Shown in pieces: positions 22,263-31,206 of a stretch of 64,000 nt of DNA. Made by a program: the position numbers and the translations under genes. Each line of letters starts with the position of its first letter. Within the stretch, counting starts at the first letter, position 1. Below the pieces are notes generated by a model. It was not told the DNA's origin. It worked only from the letters and a program-made list of their open reading frames with translations, and searched no databases. The stretch covers positions 170,687-234,686 of the forward strand of contig CAWFHQ010000007.1 in assembly GCA_963815705.1 (NCBI GenBank), written 5' to 3'. The stretch is from an uncultured Actinomycetota bacterium (GTDB taxonomy: Bacteria > Actinomycetota > Actinomycetes > Mycobacteriales > Mycobacteriaceae).

Positions 22263-23918
22263 TCAGTGGATCCGAACGATGATCTCCGAGTGGCCCAAAC
22301 GGATCACGTCGCCATCGGCCAACTGCCACTCTTGTATCGGCGCGTTGTTCACGGTCGTGCCATTCGTGGAGTTGAGGTCGGATAGCAGCGCGACCTGTCC
22401 ATCCCAGCGGATTTCCAAGTGGCGACGCGAGACACCGGTGTCGGGCAGCCGAAACTGGGCGTCTTGTCCGCGACCGACGATGTTGGAACCTTCGCGCAGC
22501 TGGTAGGTCCGGCCGCTGCCGTCGTCGAGCTGCAGCGTGACCGCCGTTCCGGCAGCGCCATAACCGCCCTGGCCGTAACCGGCGTATCCACCGCCGGCCT
22601 GCTGGCCATAGTCGGGCGGCTGGCCGTACTCGGGCGGCTGTCCGTGCTCGTAATCGCGGTGAGCGGTCTCGGGGTAGCCAGCGCCGCCCGCGGGGCCATA
22701 TCCACCGGCCGGTACGTTCTCCGCGTACTGCGTGTAGTCCCCGCCGGCGTACTCCTGCTGGCCGTAACTTTGACCGCCCTGCTGGTAACCCTGGTCGTAC
22801 CCGCCCCCCTGGTCGGGGTAGGACGGCCGTTGTGGTTCGGGCGCACCCGGCGGCGGGTACCCGCCGCGCTGGTCCTGATAGCCGCCCTGCTCGGGGTAGC
22901 CGCCGCCGTAGCCCGGCTGGGCGCCGCCCTGTTGACCGCCGCCGGGCTGACCGTAGCCGCCGCCGCCCTGGCGGTAGCCCTGGTCGTAACCCTGCGCGCC
23001 TTGGTCGTAGCCCGGGCCGCCGTAGCCACCACCGGCAGGCGGACGCTGCTCATACGACGGCGGGTAGCCGCCCTGCCCCTGGTCGGGGTAGCCGCGACCC
23101 TGGTCCGGGTAACCACCCTGGTCCGGGTATCCACCCTGGCCCGGGTATCCACCCTGCTGCGGATAACCCCCTTGTTCGGGGTAGCCCCCGCGCTGGTCCT
23201 GATAGCCGCCCTGGTCGGGGTAGCCGCCGCGTTGTTCGGGGTAGCCGCCCTGGTCGGGGTGGCGCGGCGGCTGGTATCCGCCCGGGGGCGGGTAGCCGGC
23301 CTGCTCCTGCGGATATCCCCCGCGAGAGTCGGGTCCGCCCGCCGGCTCCTGGCCGCCGCGCTGGTCGTCTTGCGGACGCCCGTACCGCTCGTCGTAGTAC
23401 TCGTCGCCGGGACGCCCCTGCTCCTGCCCGCGGTAGCTCGAGTTGTCAGTCATTGGTGGTACTCCTGGTTCTGCGCTGAACGCCTGGTTTGATTGTGGCC
23501 GGGCGGGATCGTTAACCGTCGGGCGGGGCTCGACATCGGGGTTGACAGCGCCGCGGGCGCGAAACTGTCCGGTATGCAGGTTCGGCAACTGCTCGAACCG
23601 AACGACGACATCACCATACGTTTCCCACCCCTGTTCATGGATATAGTCGGCCAGGTATCTAGCGAAAGCGCCCGACGTGAGATCCGGATCGGCGCCCACC
23701 TTCTCGAAGTCGTGCATACCGAGGGTAATGACGTATTCGTTAGGCGCCAAAAGGCGATTTCCCCGAAGGGGCCGCAGGCCGTCCTCGGCTTCGCGCCGCA
23801 ATAGCGCCTCAACCTCTTGGGGGACAATGGATCCCCCGAACATTCGGGCAAATGCGTCGCCGACGGTCGACTCGAGCTTGCGCTCGATCCGCGCCGCGAG
23901 CCCCCTTTGGCTACTCAC
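22263..23918 (-). CDS. fhaA: FHA-domain protein FhaA
   Basis: 551 aa with an N-terminal DUF3662-like domain ([29 protein letters not shown]..), a long Gly/Tyr/Pro/Gln linker and a C-terminal FHA domain (..[28 protein letters not shown]..). Confidence 0.9.
   Translation of the reverse strand: MSSQRGLAARIERKLESTVGDAFARMFGGSIVPQEVEALLRREAEDGLRPLRGNRLLAPNEYVITLGMHDFEKVGADPDLTSGAFARYLADYIHEQGWETYGDVVVRFEQLPNLHTGQFRARGAVNPDVEPRPTVNDPARPQSNQAFSAEPGVPPMTDNSSYRGQEQGRPGDEYYDERYGRPQDDQRGGQEPAGGPDSRGGYPQEQAGYPPPGGYQPPRHPDQGGYPEQRGGYPDQGGYQDQRGGYPEQGGYPQQGGYPGQGGYPDQGGYPDQGRGYPDQGQGGYPPSYEQRPPAGGGYGGPGYDQGAQGYDQGYRQGGGGYGQPGGGQQGGAQPGYGGGYPEQGGYQDQRGGYPPPGAPEPQRPSYPDQGGGYDQGYQQGGQSYGQQEYAGGDYTQYAENVPAGGYGPAGGAGYPETAHRDYEHGQPPEYGQPPDYGQQAGGGYAGYGQGGYGAAGTAVTLQLDDGSGRTYQLREGSNIVGRGQDAQFRLPDTGVSRRHLEIRWDGQVALLSDLNSTNGTTVNNAPIQEWQLADGDVIRLGHSEIIVRIH
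22548..23441 (-). repeat. low-complexity coding repeat (GGYP[DEQ]Q-type units) inside fhaA
   Basis: Residues about 160-457 of FhaA are iterations of [18 protein letters not shown]. The DNA in this stretch is correspondingly repetitive. Confidence 0.8.
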
Positions 23919-24172
23919 GTCTCAGCGCTCGCCCGCACTTGTCGCGGTGTATCGCCGGCGCAAGGCAAACGATTCACCCGCGTGTCGTATCACTCATGCA
24001 TGGTATCGGGACACCGCGACGCTGCGTCACCGTGAGAATTCTGAGAATCGCATCCATGCAGGTCAGACCGGTTCGAGTGCGAGCTGGCGGGGTGCTGAAC
24101 GGTCTCTGACGTGCCCGGGCGCGGTTAGGGCGAACGGCTACTACAGTGATATGGTCCATCGGTTGTTTTCCC

Positions 24173-24255
24173 GGGCGAGTGGCGGAATGGCAGACGCGCT
24201 GGCTTCAGGTGCCAGTGTCCTTCGGGACGTGGGGGTTCAAGTCCCCCTTCGCCCA
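24173..24255 (+). tRNA. leuT: tRNA-Leu (anticodon CAG), long variable arm
   Basis: The acceptor stem is GGGCGAG/TTCGCCC, the anticodon stem-loop CTGGC-TTCAGGT-GCCAG, the variable arm GTCCTTCGGGAC and the T-arm GGGGGTTCAAGTCCCCC. Length is 83 nt. Confidence 0.93.
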
Positions 24256-24283
24256 CAAAGCGGTTCGGTGGACCGCAGGCGCA

Positions 24284-24316
24284 AAGGCCACGAACTCTAC
24301 GAGGGGTCGTGGCCTT
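24284..24316 (+). terminator. hairpin downstream of tRNA-Leu (10-bp stem AAGGCCACGA/TCGTGGCCTT, 13-nt loop)
   Basis: The inverted repeat was read directly. There is no U-tract, which is common for mycobacterial terminators. Confidence 0.45.
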
Positions 24317-24379
24317 CGCTAATTCCGCTGCACGGGGACCGGCATTGGTCGCGCCCGGCACCGGTGATTAACTGCAATC

Positions 24380-25273
24380 GTGCGCAGAAATCCAGAGCTG
24401 GCGCGACGCTTCTTCGATCGCTTCGAGCCAGTGCATGCGGTGACCTACTTCGCCCCCGAGGCTCGGGCGGCACTCGACGAGCTGGGGTACCGAGGCTTCT
24501 GGATGGGCTACTTCGCGGCCCGGTCCGCCCCGCTTGGCATAGCGCCGCCGGAACTGGTGACCGCCGTCTTTTACAACTTCTCCCCCCAACGTGTCGCCAA
24601 GGCCCTGCCGACGGCCTGGCAGATCGCCGGCCCGGAAGCCGCATTGCGGGCACGGCAGAACTCGGCGGTCGCGGCGTTGCGGCGCTACGGCTTGAAAGAA
24701 GATGAAAACGTCAGTGCCGCAGCCGAATTAGCTGGAAAGGCAGCGCGACAGGCGGCTGTCGACGGGCGACCGCTGTTCGCCGCCAATCGCGCGTTGCCGT
24801 GGCCGGACAATCCGCTGGCCGCGCTGTGGCATGCGACCACGCTGTTGCGTGAGCAGCGCGGCGACGGCCATGTGGCGGTGTTGACCGCATCCGGCATCTC
24901 GGGCCGAGAGTGCAACGTGTTGCACGCCGCGGCGGACCGCGTCCCGCGGGATTACCTCGCCCGTACCCGCGATTACGACGACACGGAATGGCATCACCAC
25001 GAACAACGGCTGGCCGACCGTGGACTGCTGGACGCCGACGGCTCGCTCACCGCGGCCGGCCGGGAACTCAAGGACCACATCGAATCGAGCACCGACGCGC
25101 TCGGTCTGTCGGCGCTCGAGGCGCTCAGCGACGACGAGGTGGAGACGCTGTTCGGAGCGCTGACACCGATCACCCGAGCCGTGGTCGAGGGCGGCGACGT
25201 TCTGTCCGTTACCCCAATGGCGTTGCGCCGCGACGAATTACACGACGCCAGTGCGCATTTGAGCGCTCGCTAG
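24380..25273 (+). CDS. conserved hypothetical protein (actinobacterial, function unknown)
   Basis: 297-aa ORF with a GTG start and coding-like composition. I recognise no diagnostic motif. Confidence 0.6.
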   Translation: MRRNPELARRFFDRFEPVHAVTYFAPEARAALDELGYRGFWMGYFAARSAPLGIAPPELVTAVFYNFSPQRVAKALPTAWQIAGPEAALRARQNSAVAALRRYGLKEDENVSAAAELAGKAARQAAVDGRPLFAANRALPWPDNPLAALWHATTLLREQRGDGHVAVLTASGISGRECNVLHAAADRVPRDYLARTRDYDDTEWHHHEQRLADRGLLDADGSLTAAGRELKDHIESSTDALGLSALEALSDDEVETLFGALTPITRAVVEGGDVLSVTPMALRRDELHDASAHLSAR

Positions 25274-25284
25274 CAGGTTTGGCG

Positions 25285-26655
25285 CTACGGATCACGCGGC
25301 AGCAGCCGCTGCTTCTGCTCGACGAATTCGTCTTGGGTGAGAATCCCCGCGTCGCGCAACGAGGCCAGTTCCCGTAGCTCGGCGGCGATGCCCGTGATCG
25401 GGCCGCCCGCCGGAGTCTGCGGCACTTCGGCTGCCTCGGCCGGCTGCGAGTCCTTCGGTTTGCGCCAGGGCACCCCGATCCGCTCCTGGCGTCCCGCGCC
25501 ACCTGCGCCCGTGGTGCCGGCCATGGCGCGCCCGGCCATGCTCGCCAGGGCCATCTGGCTGAACAGGCTTCCCGCGCTGGAGCCGGTGGCTTGTGCGGCG
25601 GCCCCGACAGTCGCGGCCGGCAGCGCCGTGGTCATGGCGCGCAACTCGGGGGCCGCGGCCGCCCATCCCGGCGGCACCGACAATCTTCCGATCGGGTGGG
25701 CCTGGCCCAGGCCTGCGGCAACCGGGGACGGGCCTGGGCTGGTGATCACCGGAAATGGCGTCGGTGGTATCGGCGCGGAGCCCGGCCAGGTCTGTATGCC
25801 TGCCCAGCCACTGACGATGTCGTCGGTGTGAATACCGATGTAGTAACCAGCGATGTCGTACGGAAGAGCCGTGATTCCCAGGGTTGAGTCGGCGGCAAGT
25901 CCCGCTGCCCCGACTTCCGGGTCGACAAAAACTGCACTCAGGTCCGCGAGCAACCCCAGCAGGTTTCGCCCAAACCCCGGGAACGCCAGGTCCGGGCTCG
26001 CCAGATTCGTCAGCGCGTTGGGGACCGCGGAGAAGGTCTGCTGAATCGATGAGACCGCGCCCTGCGCATCACCGGCGCTGGTGTTGGCGGCTGCGCTGAC
26101 CGCCGCGGCTTGGTCAGCGGGCCCGCTGGCGTTGGTGTTCGACGGTGGCGAATTGAATGGTTCCAGCCGGGTGGCCGACGCCGCCGCAGCCGCGTAGCTC
26201 TGCATGGCGCCGGTGTCCTGGGCCCACATCTCGCCGTACTGCGCGTCGGTGGTCGCGATCGCCGACGTGTTCTGTCCGAAGAAGTTGGTGGCCACCAGCG
26301 CGGCCAGCAGGCTGCGGTTGCCGGCGACCACCGGCGGGGGCACCGTTTCCGCAAACGCGGCTTCGTAGGCAGCTGCCGCCAAAACAGCCTGGTTGCCGGT
26401 CTGCTCAGCCTGTTCGGCAGCGGTTCTCATCCAGGACACATACGGAGCGGCGGCGGCGGCCATCATCGCCGCTGCCGGGCCCAGCCAGGGTCCGGCGGTC
26501 AGCTCGCCGATCGCCGACTCATACGAGCTTGCTGTCGAGTGGAGCTCCGCGGCCAGCGTTTCCCACGCCGACGCAGCCGCCAGCATCGGTCCGGAGCCAG
26601 GTCCGGCATAGATGCGCGCGGAGTTGATCTCTGGCGGCAGAACCGCGTAATCCAT
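25285..26655 (-). CDS. PPE family protein (SVP-type motif) with a SHOCT-like C-terminal tail
   Basis: 456 aa from ATG 26655, preceded by GGAGGG. The N-terminus [38 protein letters not shown] is canonical PPE. It also has the [13 protein letters not shown] motif and the C-terminal [27 protein letters not shown]. The 59-aa upstream extension in the ORF track was rejected. Confidence 0.88.
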   Translation of the reverse strand: MDYAVLPPEINSARIYAGPGSGPMLAAASAWETLAAELHSTASSYESAIGELTAGPWLGPAAAMMAAAAAPYVSWMRTAAEQAEQTGNQAVLAAAAYEAAFAETVPPPVVAGNRSLLAALVATNFFGQNTSAIATTDAQYGEMWAQDTGAMQSYAAAAASATRLEPFNSPPSNTNASGPADQAAAVSAAANTSAGDAQGAVSSIQQTFSAVPNALTNLASPDLAFPGFGRNLLGLLADLSAVFVDPEVGAAGLAADSTLGITALPYDIAGYYIGIHTDDIVSGWAGIQTWPGSAPIPPTPFPVITSPGPSPVAAGLGQAHPIGRLSVPPGWAAAAPELRAMTTALPAATVGAAAQATGSSAGSLFSQMALASMAGRAMAGTTGAGGAGRQERIGVPWRKPKDSQPAEAAEVPQTPAGGPITGIAAELRELASLRDAGILTQDEFVEQKQRLLPRDP

Positions 26656-27006
26656 GTATCCCTCCGATCGAGCGGGCCCAGCTCTGGCGGCGTCGGTGAA
26701 CGGCAAACGAACACGACGCCCTCGTCGGGCCCGGCCGGCTGCGTCAACTATTTTGCTCACGGCGCTGTCAGTTAGCTGGGAGGCCCCCGATTCCGCGATG
26801 CAGCCCCGATGCCCGCCTACGGGAATACCCAATTTACCCAGCTGTACTGGTACAACACCTTATGCCACGCGAGTAGCCGATATCCGCCGAATTCGCACGC
26901 TCGGCCCAGCGCTGCGTGAAAGTTTTAGCTGCCCGGTCAGGCCAGCGGGTGCTGGACATTCGTCGCAGTAAAGCCAGTTTGAAGTCGTCGTCGACCAGAC
27001 GCCTGC

Positions 27007-27348
27007 TCAGCTGCTGGGTTGGGTCTGCGCCCAGCCCCTGACCTCGGCGGTTGCCGGGTCGGTGATCTCGTCGAACTCGGGGTGCTTCTTGAGCACCGTC
27101 TCGACCATCGAGCAGACCGCGACGACACGTTTGCCGGCGTCGCGCGCCCCGTTCAGCGCCGCCTCGACGAGGATGGTCGCCAGGCCCCGTCCGCCGAAGT
27201 CGGGGTCGACGACGGTGTGATAGAAAACGCGCTGGTTGCCGCGGTCTGTGTAGTCGGCGTGGCCGACGGTCTTGCCGTCGACGGCAATCGTGTACGTCTG
27301 GTGTCCGTCGGCGACGGTGGTCTCTGCGCCGGTCTTATCGGTTGTCAT
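27007..27348 (-). CDS. small GNAT-family N-acetyltransferase (YjdJ-like)
   Basis: 113 aa from ATG 27348: MTTDKTGAETTVADGHQTYTIAVDGKTVGHADYTDRGNQRVFYHTVVDPDFGGRGLATILVEAAL.. This is a minimal GNAT fold pattern. Confidence 0.8.
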   Translation of the reverse strand: MTTDKTGAETTVADGHQTYTIAVDGKTVGHADYTDRGNQRVFYHTVVDPDFGGRGLATILVEAALNGARDAGKRVVAVCSMVETVLKKHPEFDEITDPATAEVRGWAQTQPSS

Positions 27349-27362
27349 GTGGATTCCTTTCC

Positions 27363-28325
27363 TTACGGTCGGTGCGGTAGTGGTCGTGGCCGCAGCCGGG
27401 TGGTCGGCAGCGGCGGGGCGGGCAGTCGATTGACTGAGCCCCGGTAGCCCTCGACTGCGCCGAAGCGCGGGTCGGCGTCCTCCCATAGTTGGCGATAGCC
27501 GACGATCTCATCGTGGGTGCGCCCGACGAAGTTCCACCACATCAGCAGCTCCTCGGTGAACGGCGTACCGCCCAGCAGCACTACCCGCGCCGGCCGGTCT
27601 CCAACATTGCGCAGCCGCAGCATGGCGCTGCCCGGGCCTTGATACCCGAGCTCGGCGATTGCCAGGGGCGTGCGGCTCATCGCTACGGCGCCCACATCGC
27701 AGAGCACGCCGTGTTCGAAGGCCGGCTCGATGTCGAGGCACAGCTCAGTGTGGGCGTCGAGATCGATCTGGGCACCCAGCAGCGGGGCGAACGTAGGCAC
27801 CGGCGAGCGGCTGCCGGCCAGCTCGCCGAGAAACACCCGCGCCACCGCGCCGGGCAGTGAGATCGAGTCGGGCACATAGTGAGCGAAGCCGCGTCCGGTA
27901 TCGCGATCGGAGTCGGGCAGGGCGACCCACAGCTGGACTCCGTGCAGAACGGCGTCCGACTCGACCGATACCTCGGAATGACAAATCCCCGCGCCCGCGG
28001 TCATCAGATTCAACTCACCGGGCCGAACCAGAGCCTGCACTCCTGCACTGTCGCGGTGTTCCACTTCCCCACTGAACAGCCAGCTCACCGTTTGTAGTCC
28101 CGTATGCGGATGCGGGGGAACGTCCATGCGCGCAGCGGCGGGGCCGTAGTGGTCGATGAAACACCACGCGCCGATCAGCGAGCGCTGCCGTTGCGGCAGG
28201 GTGCGTTGCACCCGGATGGCCCGGGGGCCGCCGAGCGGAACTTCTCGCGGGTGTAGCACCTCGATGCCCGCAACCCGTGAAGCGCTGCAGGCGACTTCGG
28301 CCGGCGCGGTCTCGAGATTGCTCAC
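27363..28325 (-). CDS. pirin family protein (bicupin)
   Basis: 320 aa: ..FIDHYGP..PPHPHTGLQTVSWLFSGEVEHRDSAG..AGAGICHSE.. This is the pirin metal-binding cupin motif. Confidence 0.88.
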   Translation of the reverse strand: MSNLETAPAEVACSASRVAGIEVLHPREVPLGGPRAIRVQRTLPQRQRSLIGAWCFIDHYGPAAARMDVPPHPHTGLQTVSWLFSGEVEHRDSAGVQALVRPGELNLMTAGAGICHSEVSVESDAVLHGVQLWVALPDSDRDTGRGFAHYVPDSISLPGAVARVFLGELAGSRSPVPTFAPLLGAQIDLDAHTELCLDIEPAFEHGVLCDVGAVAMSRTPLAIAELGYQGPGSAMLRLRNVGDRPARVVLLGGTPFTEELLMWWNFVGRTHDEIVGYRQLWEDADPRFGAVEGYRGSVNRLPAPPLPTTRLRPRPLPHRP

Positions 28326-28380
28326 CGTGCACCCTTCGTTGCGGGCGTGATACGGCCGACCGTACCCGGGGCCCGCCGGC

Positions 28381-29763
28381 CTACCTGCCCGGCGGCCGCA
28401 GCGCCCGCATGGCCACGCGCATGATCGGCTCGGGGATCTGGTCCTTCACCGACAGGGCGGCGTCGGCCGCGCGGGATCGCAGCGGGGTGCCCCGGCCGAA
28501 GATGCGGTTCAGCGGTCCGCCGGTCGGCTCGAGCACGACATGCAGCGGCGGGGTGCCCACGGCGGCGCCCAGCGCGTTCGAGATGACCATCCGCTGGATC
28601 TCGCTGGTGCCCTCAAAGATGGTGTACAACTTGGCATCTCGATACCACTTCTCGACCGGATGGTCGGTGATGTAGCCCCAGCCGCCCATGGTCTGGAGCG
28701 CGCGTTCGGTGGCCTTGATCGCGACCTCGCTGGCGGCGAGCTTAGCCATCGAGCCCTCTCCCCGCTCGAACACGACGTCGTTGGCCGCCATCCAGGAGGC
28801 CCGCCAGGTCAACAGCCGGGCGGCGTCGATCTGGGTGGCCAGGTCGGCCAACGGGAAGGCGATGCCCTGGTTGTCGATGATCGGTCCGCCGAATGCTTCT
28901 CGCTCGGTGGCATACGCCGTCGCGTACTCCAACGCCGCCCGCGCGATGCCGATCGCCTGAGCGGCGACCATCGGACGGGTTTGCTCGAAGGTGCCCAGCG
29001 TCGCCGAGCCGGAGCGCTGTCCACCGGCGACGAGTTCGCGGGCTTTGGCGAGCTTGTGTTCGAGCTTGTCCTGTCCGCCAAGCAAATTAGCGCCCGGAAT
29101 GCGTACGCCGTTAAACCGCAACTCCGCGGTGTGCGACGCGCGGCAGCCCAGCTTGTCGAGCTTGCGCACCAGTTCCAGTCCAGGGCTGCCGCCCGGCACT
29201 ACGAAGAGGCCTTGACCGCGGTGGCCGAGCTCCTCGTCGACCACGGCGTTGACCACGTGCACGTTGGCGATGCCGCCGTTGCCGATCCACATCTTGTGAC
29301 CGTCGATGATCCAGTCGTCGCCGTCGCGGCGAGCTCGGGTGCGCAGATTGCGTACGTCGCTGCCGCCCGCGGGCTCGGAAATCGCGAGTGCGGCCAGTTT
29401 GAGATCACCTGGGGTGCCGAAACATTCGGGCGCCCACTGCAGCATCTGCTCCGGGGACGCGGCCTGGCCGATCGCCGAGAGCGCCAGTGCCGGCATCACA
29501 ATCGCCAACCCGATTCCGGCGCAGCCCCAGAACAGCTCTTCCATGAACATCGGCAGCGACAGGCCGGTGGGATCGCCGATCAGATCGCGGTAAAACAGCG
29601 GGCTATAGAAGCCGCGTTCGGCCGCCTCCTCGAGGACTGGCCAGGGAAACTCCTGGCGCTGGTCGTAGTCCAGCGCGATCGGACGTATCACCGACTCGGC
29701 GAATTCGTGCGTGCGACGGGCGAGGTCGTGCTGCGCTACCGTCGGTGTCAGGTCGAACGTCAT
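28381..29763 (-). CDS. acyl-CoA dehydrogenase with a 61-aa C-terminal extension
   Basis: 460 aa with ACAD motifs (..FEQTRPMVAAQAIGIARAALEYA..YTIFEGTSEIQRMVISNALG). An extra tail follows the usual C-terminus. Confidence 0.92.
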   Translation of the reverse strand: MTFDLTPTVAQHDLARRTHEFAESVIRPIALDYDQRQEFPWPVLEEAAERGFYSPLFYRDLIGDPTGLSLPMFMEELFWGCAGIGLAIVMPALALSAIGQAASPEQMLQWAPECFGTPGDLKLAALAISEPAGGSDVRNLRTRARRDGDDWIIDGHKMWIGNGGIANVHVVNAVVDEELGHRGQGLFVVPGGSPGLELVRKLDKLGCRASHTAELRFNGVRIPGANLLGGQDKLEHKLAKARELVAGGQRSGSATLGTFEQTRPMVAAQAIGIARAALEYATAYATEREAFGGPIIDNQGIAFPLADLATQIDAARLLTWRASWMAANDVVFERGEGSMAKLAASEVAIKATERALQTMGGWGYITDHPVEKWYRDAKLYTIFEGTSEIQRMVISNALGAAVGTPPLHVVLEPTGGPLNRIFGRGTPLRSRAADAALSVKDQIPEPIMRVAMRALRPPGR

Positions 29764-29856
29764 AGATGCACCTTTGCGTCGACGGTCTGATGTGCCGTCG
29801 CGATCGACTACCCCGTCGATTGGGTGAACAAACGTTCACGGTGCGCAGCGTGCCGG

Positions 29857-30273
29857 TCAGGCTGCCGAACGCGGGCCTACCTGTGCGATCGGCAGGTGCA
29901 GCACCACCGTGGGCGTTCCGATGGCCTCGTGCTCGCTGCGTGCCAACAACGCCGCGTTCTCGGGGAGCTGCCGGGAGCTGATCTCGCCGGCGGCGATGCG
30001 TCGCAGGATTTCGTGGGCTCGAGCAAGCTGCTCGCGCTTCCGGTACTGGCCGCCGGGAAGTTTGACGCCGGCCCAGACTCCGTATTCCTCCCGATGTGCG
30101 ATCGCGTGCTGGGCGCACCGCCGCTGCTGTGCCAACGGGCAGCGACGCAGGCATTGGATCCGCGCCTCGGTGGCCGACCGCTCGTAGGCACGCGCCTTGG
30201 CCGCGCCGTCACCACTGTCGTCGTCGGGGTAGCCGAACCACAGCTCCGGGTCGGTTGCGCAGGGGTGTCCCAT
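29857..30273 (-). CDS. whiB5: WhiB-family Fe-S transcription factor, WhiB5-like
   Basis: 138 aa from ATG 30273, preceded by AGGAG: MGHPCATDPELWF..IQCLRRCPLAQQRRCAQHAIAHREEYGVWAGV.. It has four Cys with C-X3-C spacing rather than C-X2-C, as I recall for WhiB5, and sits divergent from the Rv0023-like gene. Confidence 0.85.
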   Translation of the reverse strand: MGHPCATDPELWFGYPDDDSGDGAAKARAYERSATEARIQCLRRCPLAQQRRCAQHAIAHREEYGVWAGVKLPGGQYRKREQLARAHEILRRIAAGEISSRQLPENAALLARSEHEAIGTPTVVLHLPIAQVGPRSAA

Positions 30274-30294
30274 TTCGGTCTCCTTGTCTGGGAT

Positions 30295-30362
30295 GAAACG
30301 TAGGCAAAAGCGTATATCTAATAGGCCGCCCCGTGCAAGAGAAACGTGACAGAAACGTATAT
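30295..30362. promoter_or_regulatory. direct repeats in the whiB5/XRE divergent promoter region (GAAACGT x3, CGTATAT x2)
   Basis: GAAACGT occurs at 30295, 30341 and 30352. CGTATAT occurs at 30311 and 30356. The segment is locally AT-rich. Confidence 0.4.
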
Positions 30363-30393
30363 ACATAGCGATAGGGCCCGGCGTGTGTAATAT

Positions 30394-30408
30394 CCGGCCT
30401 ATGGCCGG
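30394..30408. promoter_or_regulatory. perfect palindrome CCGGCC-TAT-GGCCGG just upstream of the XRE start codon
   Basis: Read directly. It ends 9 nt before GTG 30418. Confidence 0.35.
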
Positions 30409-30417
30409 AGCCCGCGG

Positions 30418-31206
30418 GTGAGCCGTGAATCGGCAGGTGCGGCCATCCGTGCATTGCGTGAGTCGCGCGATTGGTCCTTAGCGGAGCTTGCTGCCGCGAC
30501 GGGCGTCAGCATAATGGGACTGAGCTATCTGGAGCGCGGCGCCCGCAAGCCGCACAAAAGTACAGTTCAGAAGGTTGAAAACGGCCTGGGCCTGCCGCCG
30601 GGCACCTACTCGCGGTTGTTGGTGGCCGCCGATCCGGACGCCGAGCTGGCCCGATTGATCGCTGCGCAGCCCCCCGAAACAATGTCTCCGCGAGGCGCCG
30701 GGGCGGTGGTCGTCGACCGACACAGCGACACCGAAGTGCTGGAAGGTTATGCCGAAGCCCAACTCGATGCCCTCAAATCCGTCATCGATCGGCTGCCAGC
30801 GACGACATCAAACGAATATGAGACGTATATTCTCTCTGTGATCGCGCAGTGCGTGAAGGCGGAGATGCTTGCGGCCAGCTCGTGGCGCGTGGCCGTGAAC
30901 GCCGGCGCTGACTCGACCGACCGGCTGATGGAGCATCTGAAAGCCCTCGAGGAGACGCGCGGCGCTCTGCTGAAGCGGATGCCGACCAGCTTGAGCGCGC
31001 GTTTCGACCGGGCTTGTGCGCAGTCATCGCTGCCCGACGCGATCATCGCGGCACTGCTCGGCGTGAGCAGTGACGAAATGTGGGATATCCGCAATCGTGG
31101 GGTGATCCCCGCAGGGGTACTCCCCCGCGTCCGTGCGTTCGCCGACGCGATGGAGCGGCCGGACGAAGACAGCACAGGTCAGGACAGCGGCGAGGGGGAC
31201 CGATGA
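30418..31206 (+). CDS. XRE-family helix-turn-helix transcriptional regulator (Rv0023-like)
   Basis: 262 aa with a GTG start. The N-terminal HTH is IRALRESRDWSLAELAAATGVSIMGLSYLERGARKPHKSTVQKVENGL. Confidence 0.85.
   Translation: MSRESAGAAIRALRESRDWSLAELAAATGVSIMGLSYLERGARKPHKSTVQKVENGLGLPPGTYSRLLVAADPDAELARLIAAQPPETMSPRGAGAVVVDRHSDTEVLEGYAEAQLDALKSVIDRLPATTSNEYETYILSVIAQCVKAEMLAASSWRVAVNAGADSTDRLMEHLKALEETRGALLKRMPTSLSARFDRACAQSSLPDAIIAALLGVSSDEMWDIRNRGVIPAGVLPRVRAFADAMERPDEDSTGQDSGEGDR

Noticed and set aside
22349-23492. Alternative-frame ORFs 22349-23152 (-), 22419-23492 (+) and 22832-23479 (+).
   Set aside because: They arise from the repetitive GGYPDQ-coding DNA of fhaA. The fhaA frame is the only one flanked by recognisable N-terminal and FHA domains.
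26654-26971. 105-aa + strand ORF in the 350-bp region upstream of the orphan PPE.
   Set aside because: Its composition is Arg/Pro/Ala-rich and it has no SD. It occupies what is more likely the PPE promoter/leader region. I also could not define a convincing promoter there.
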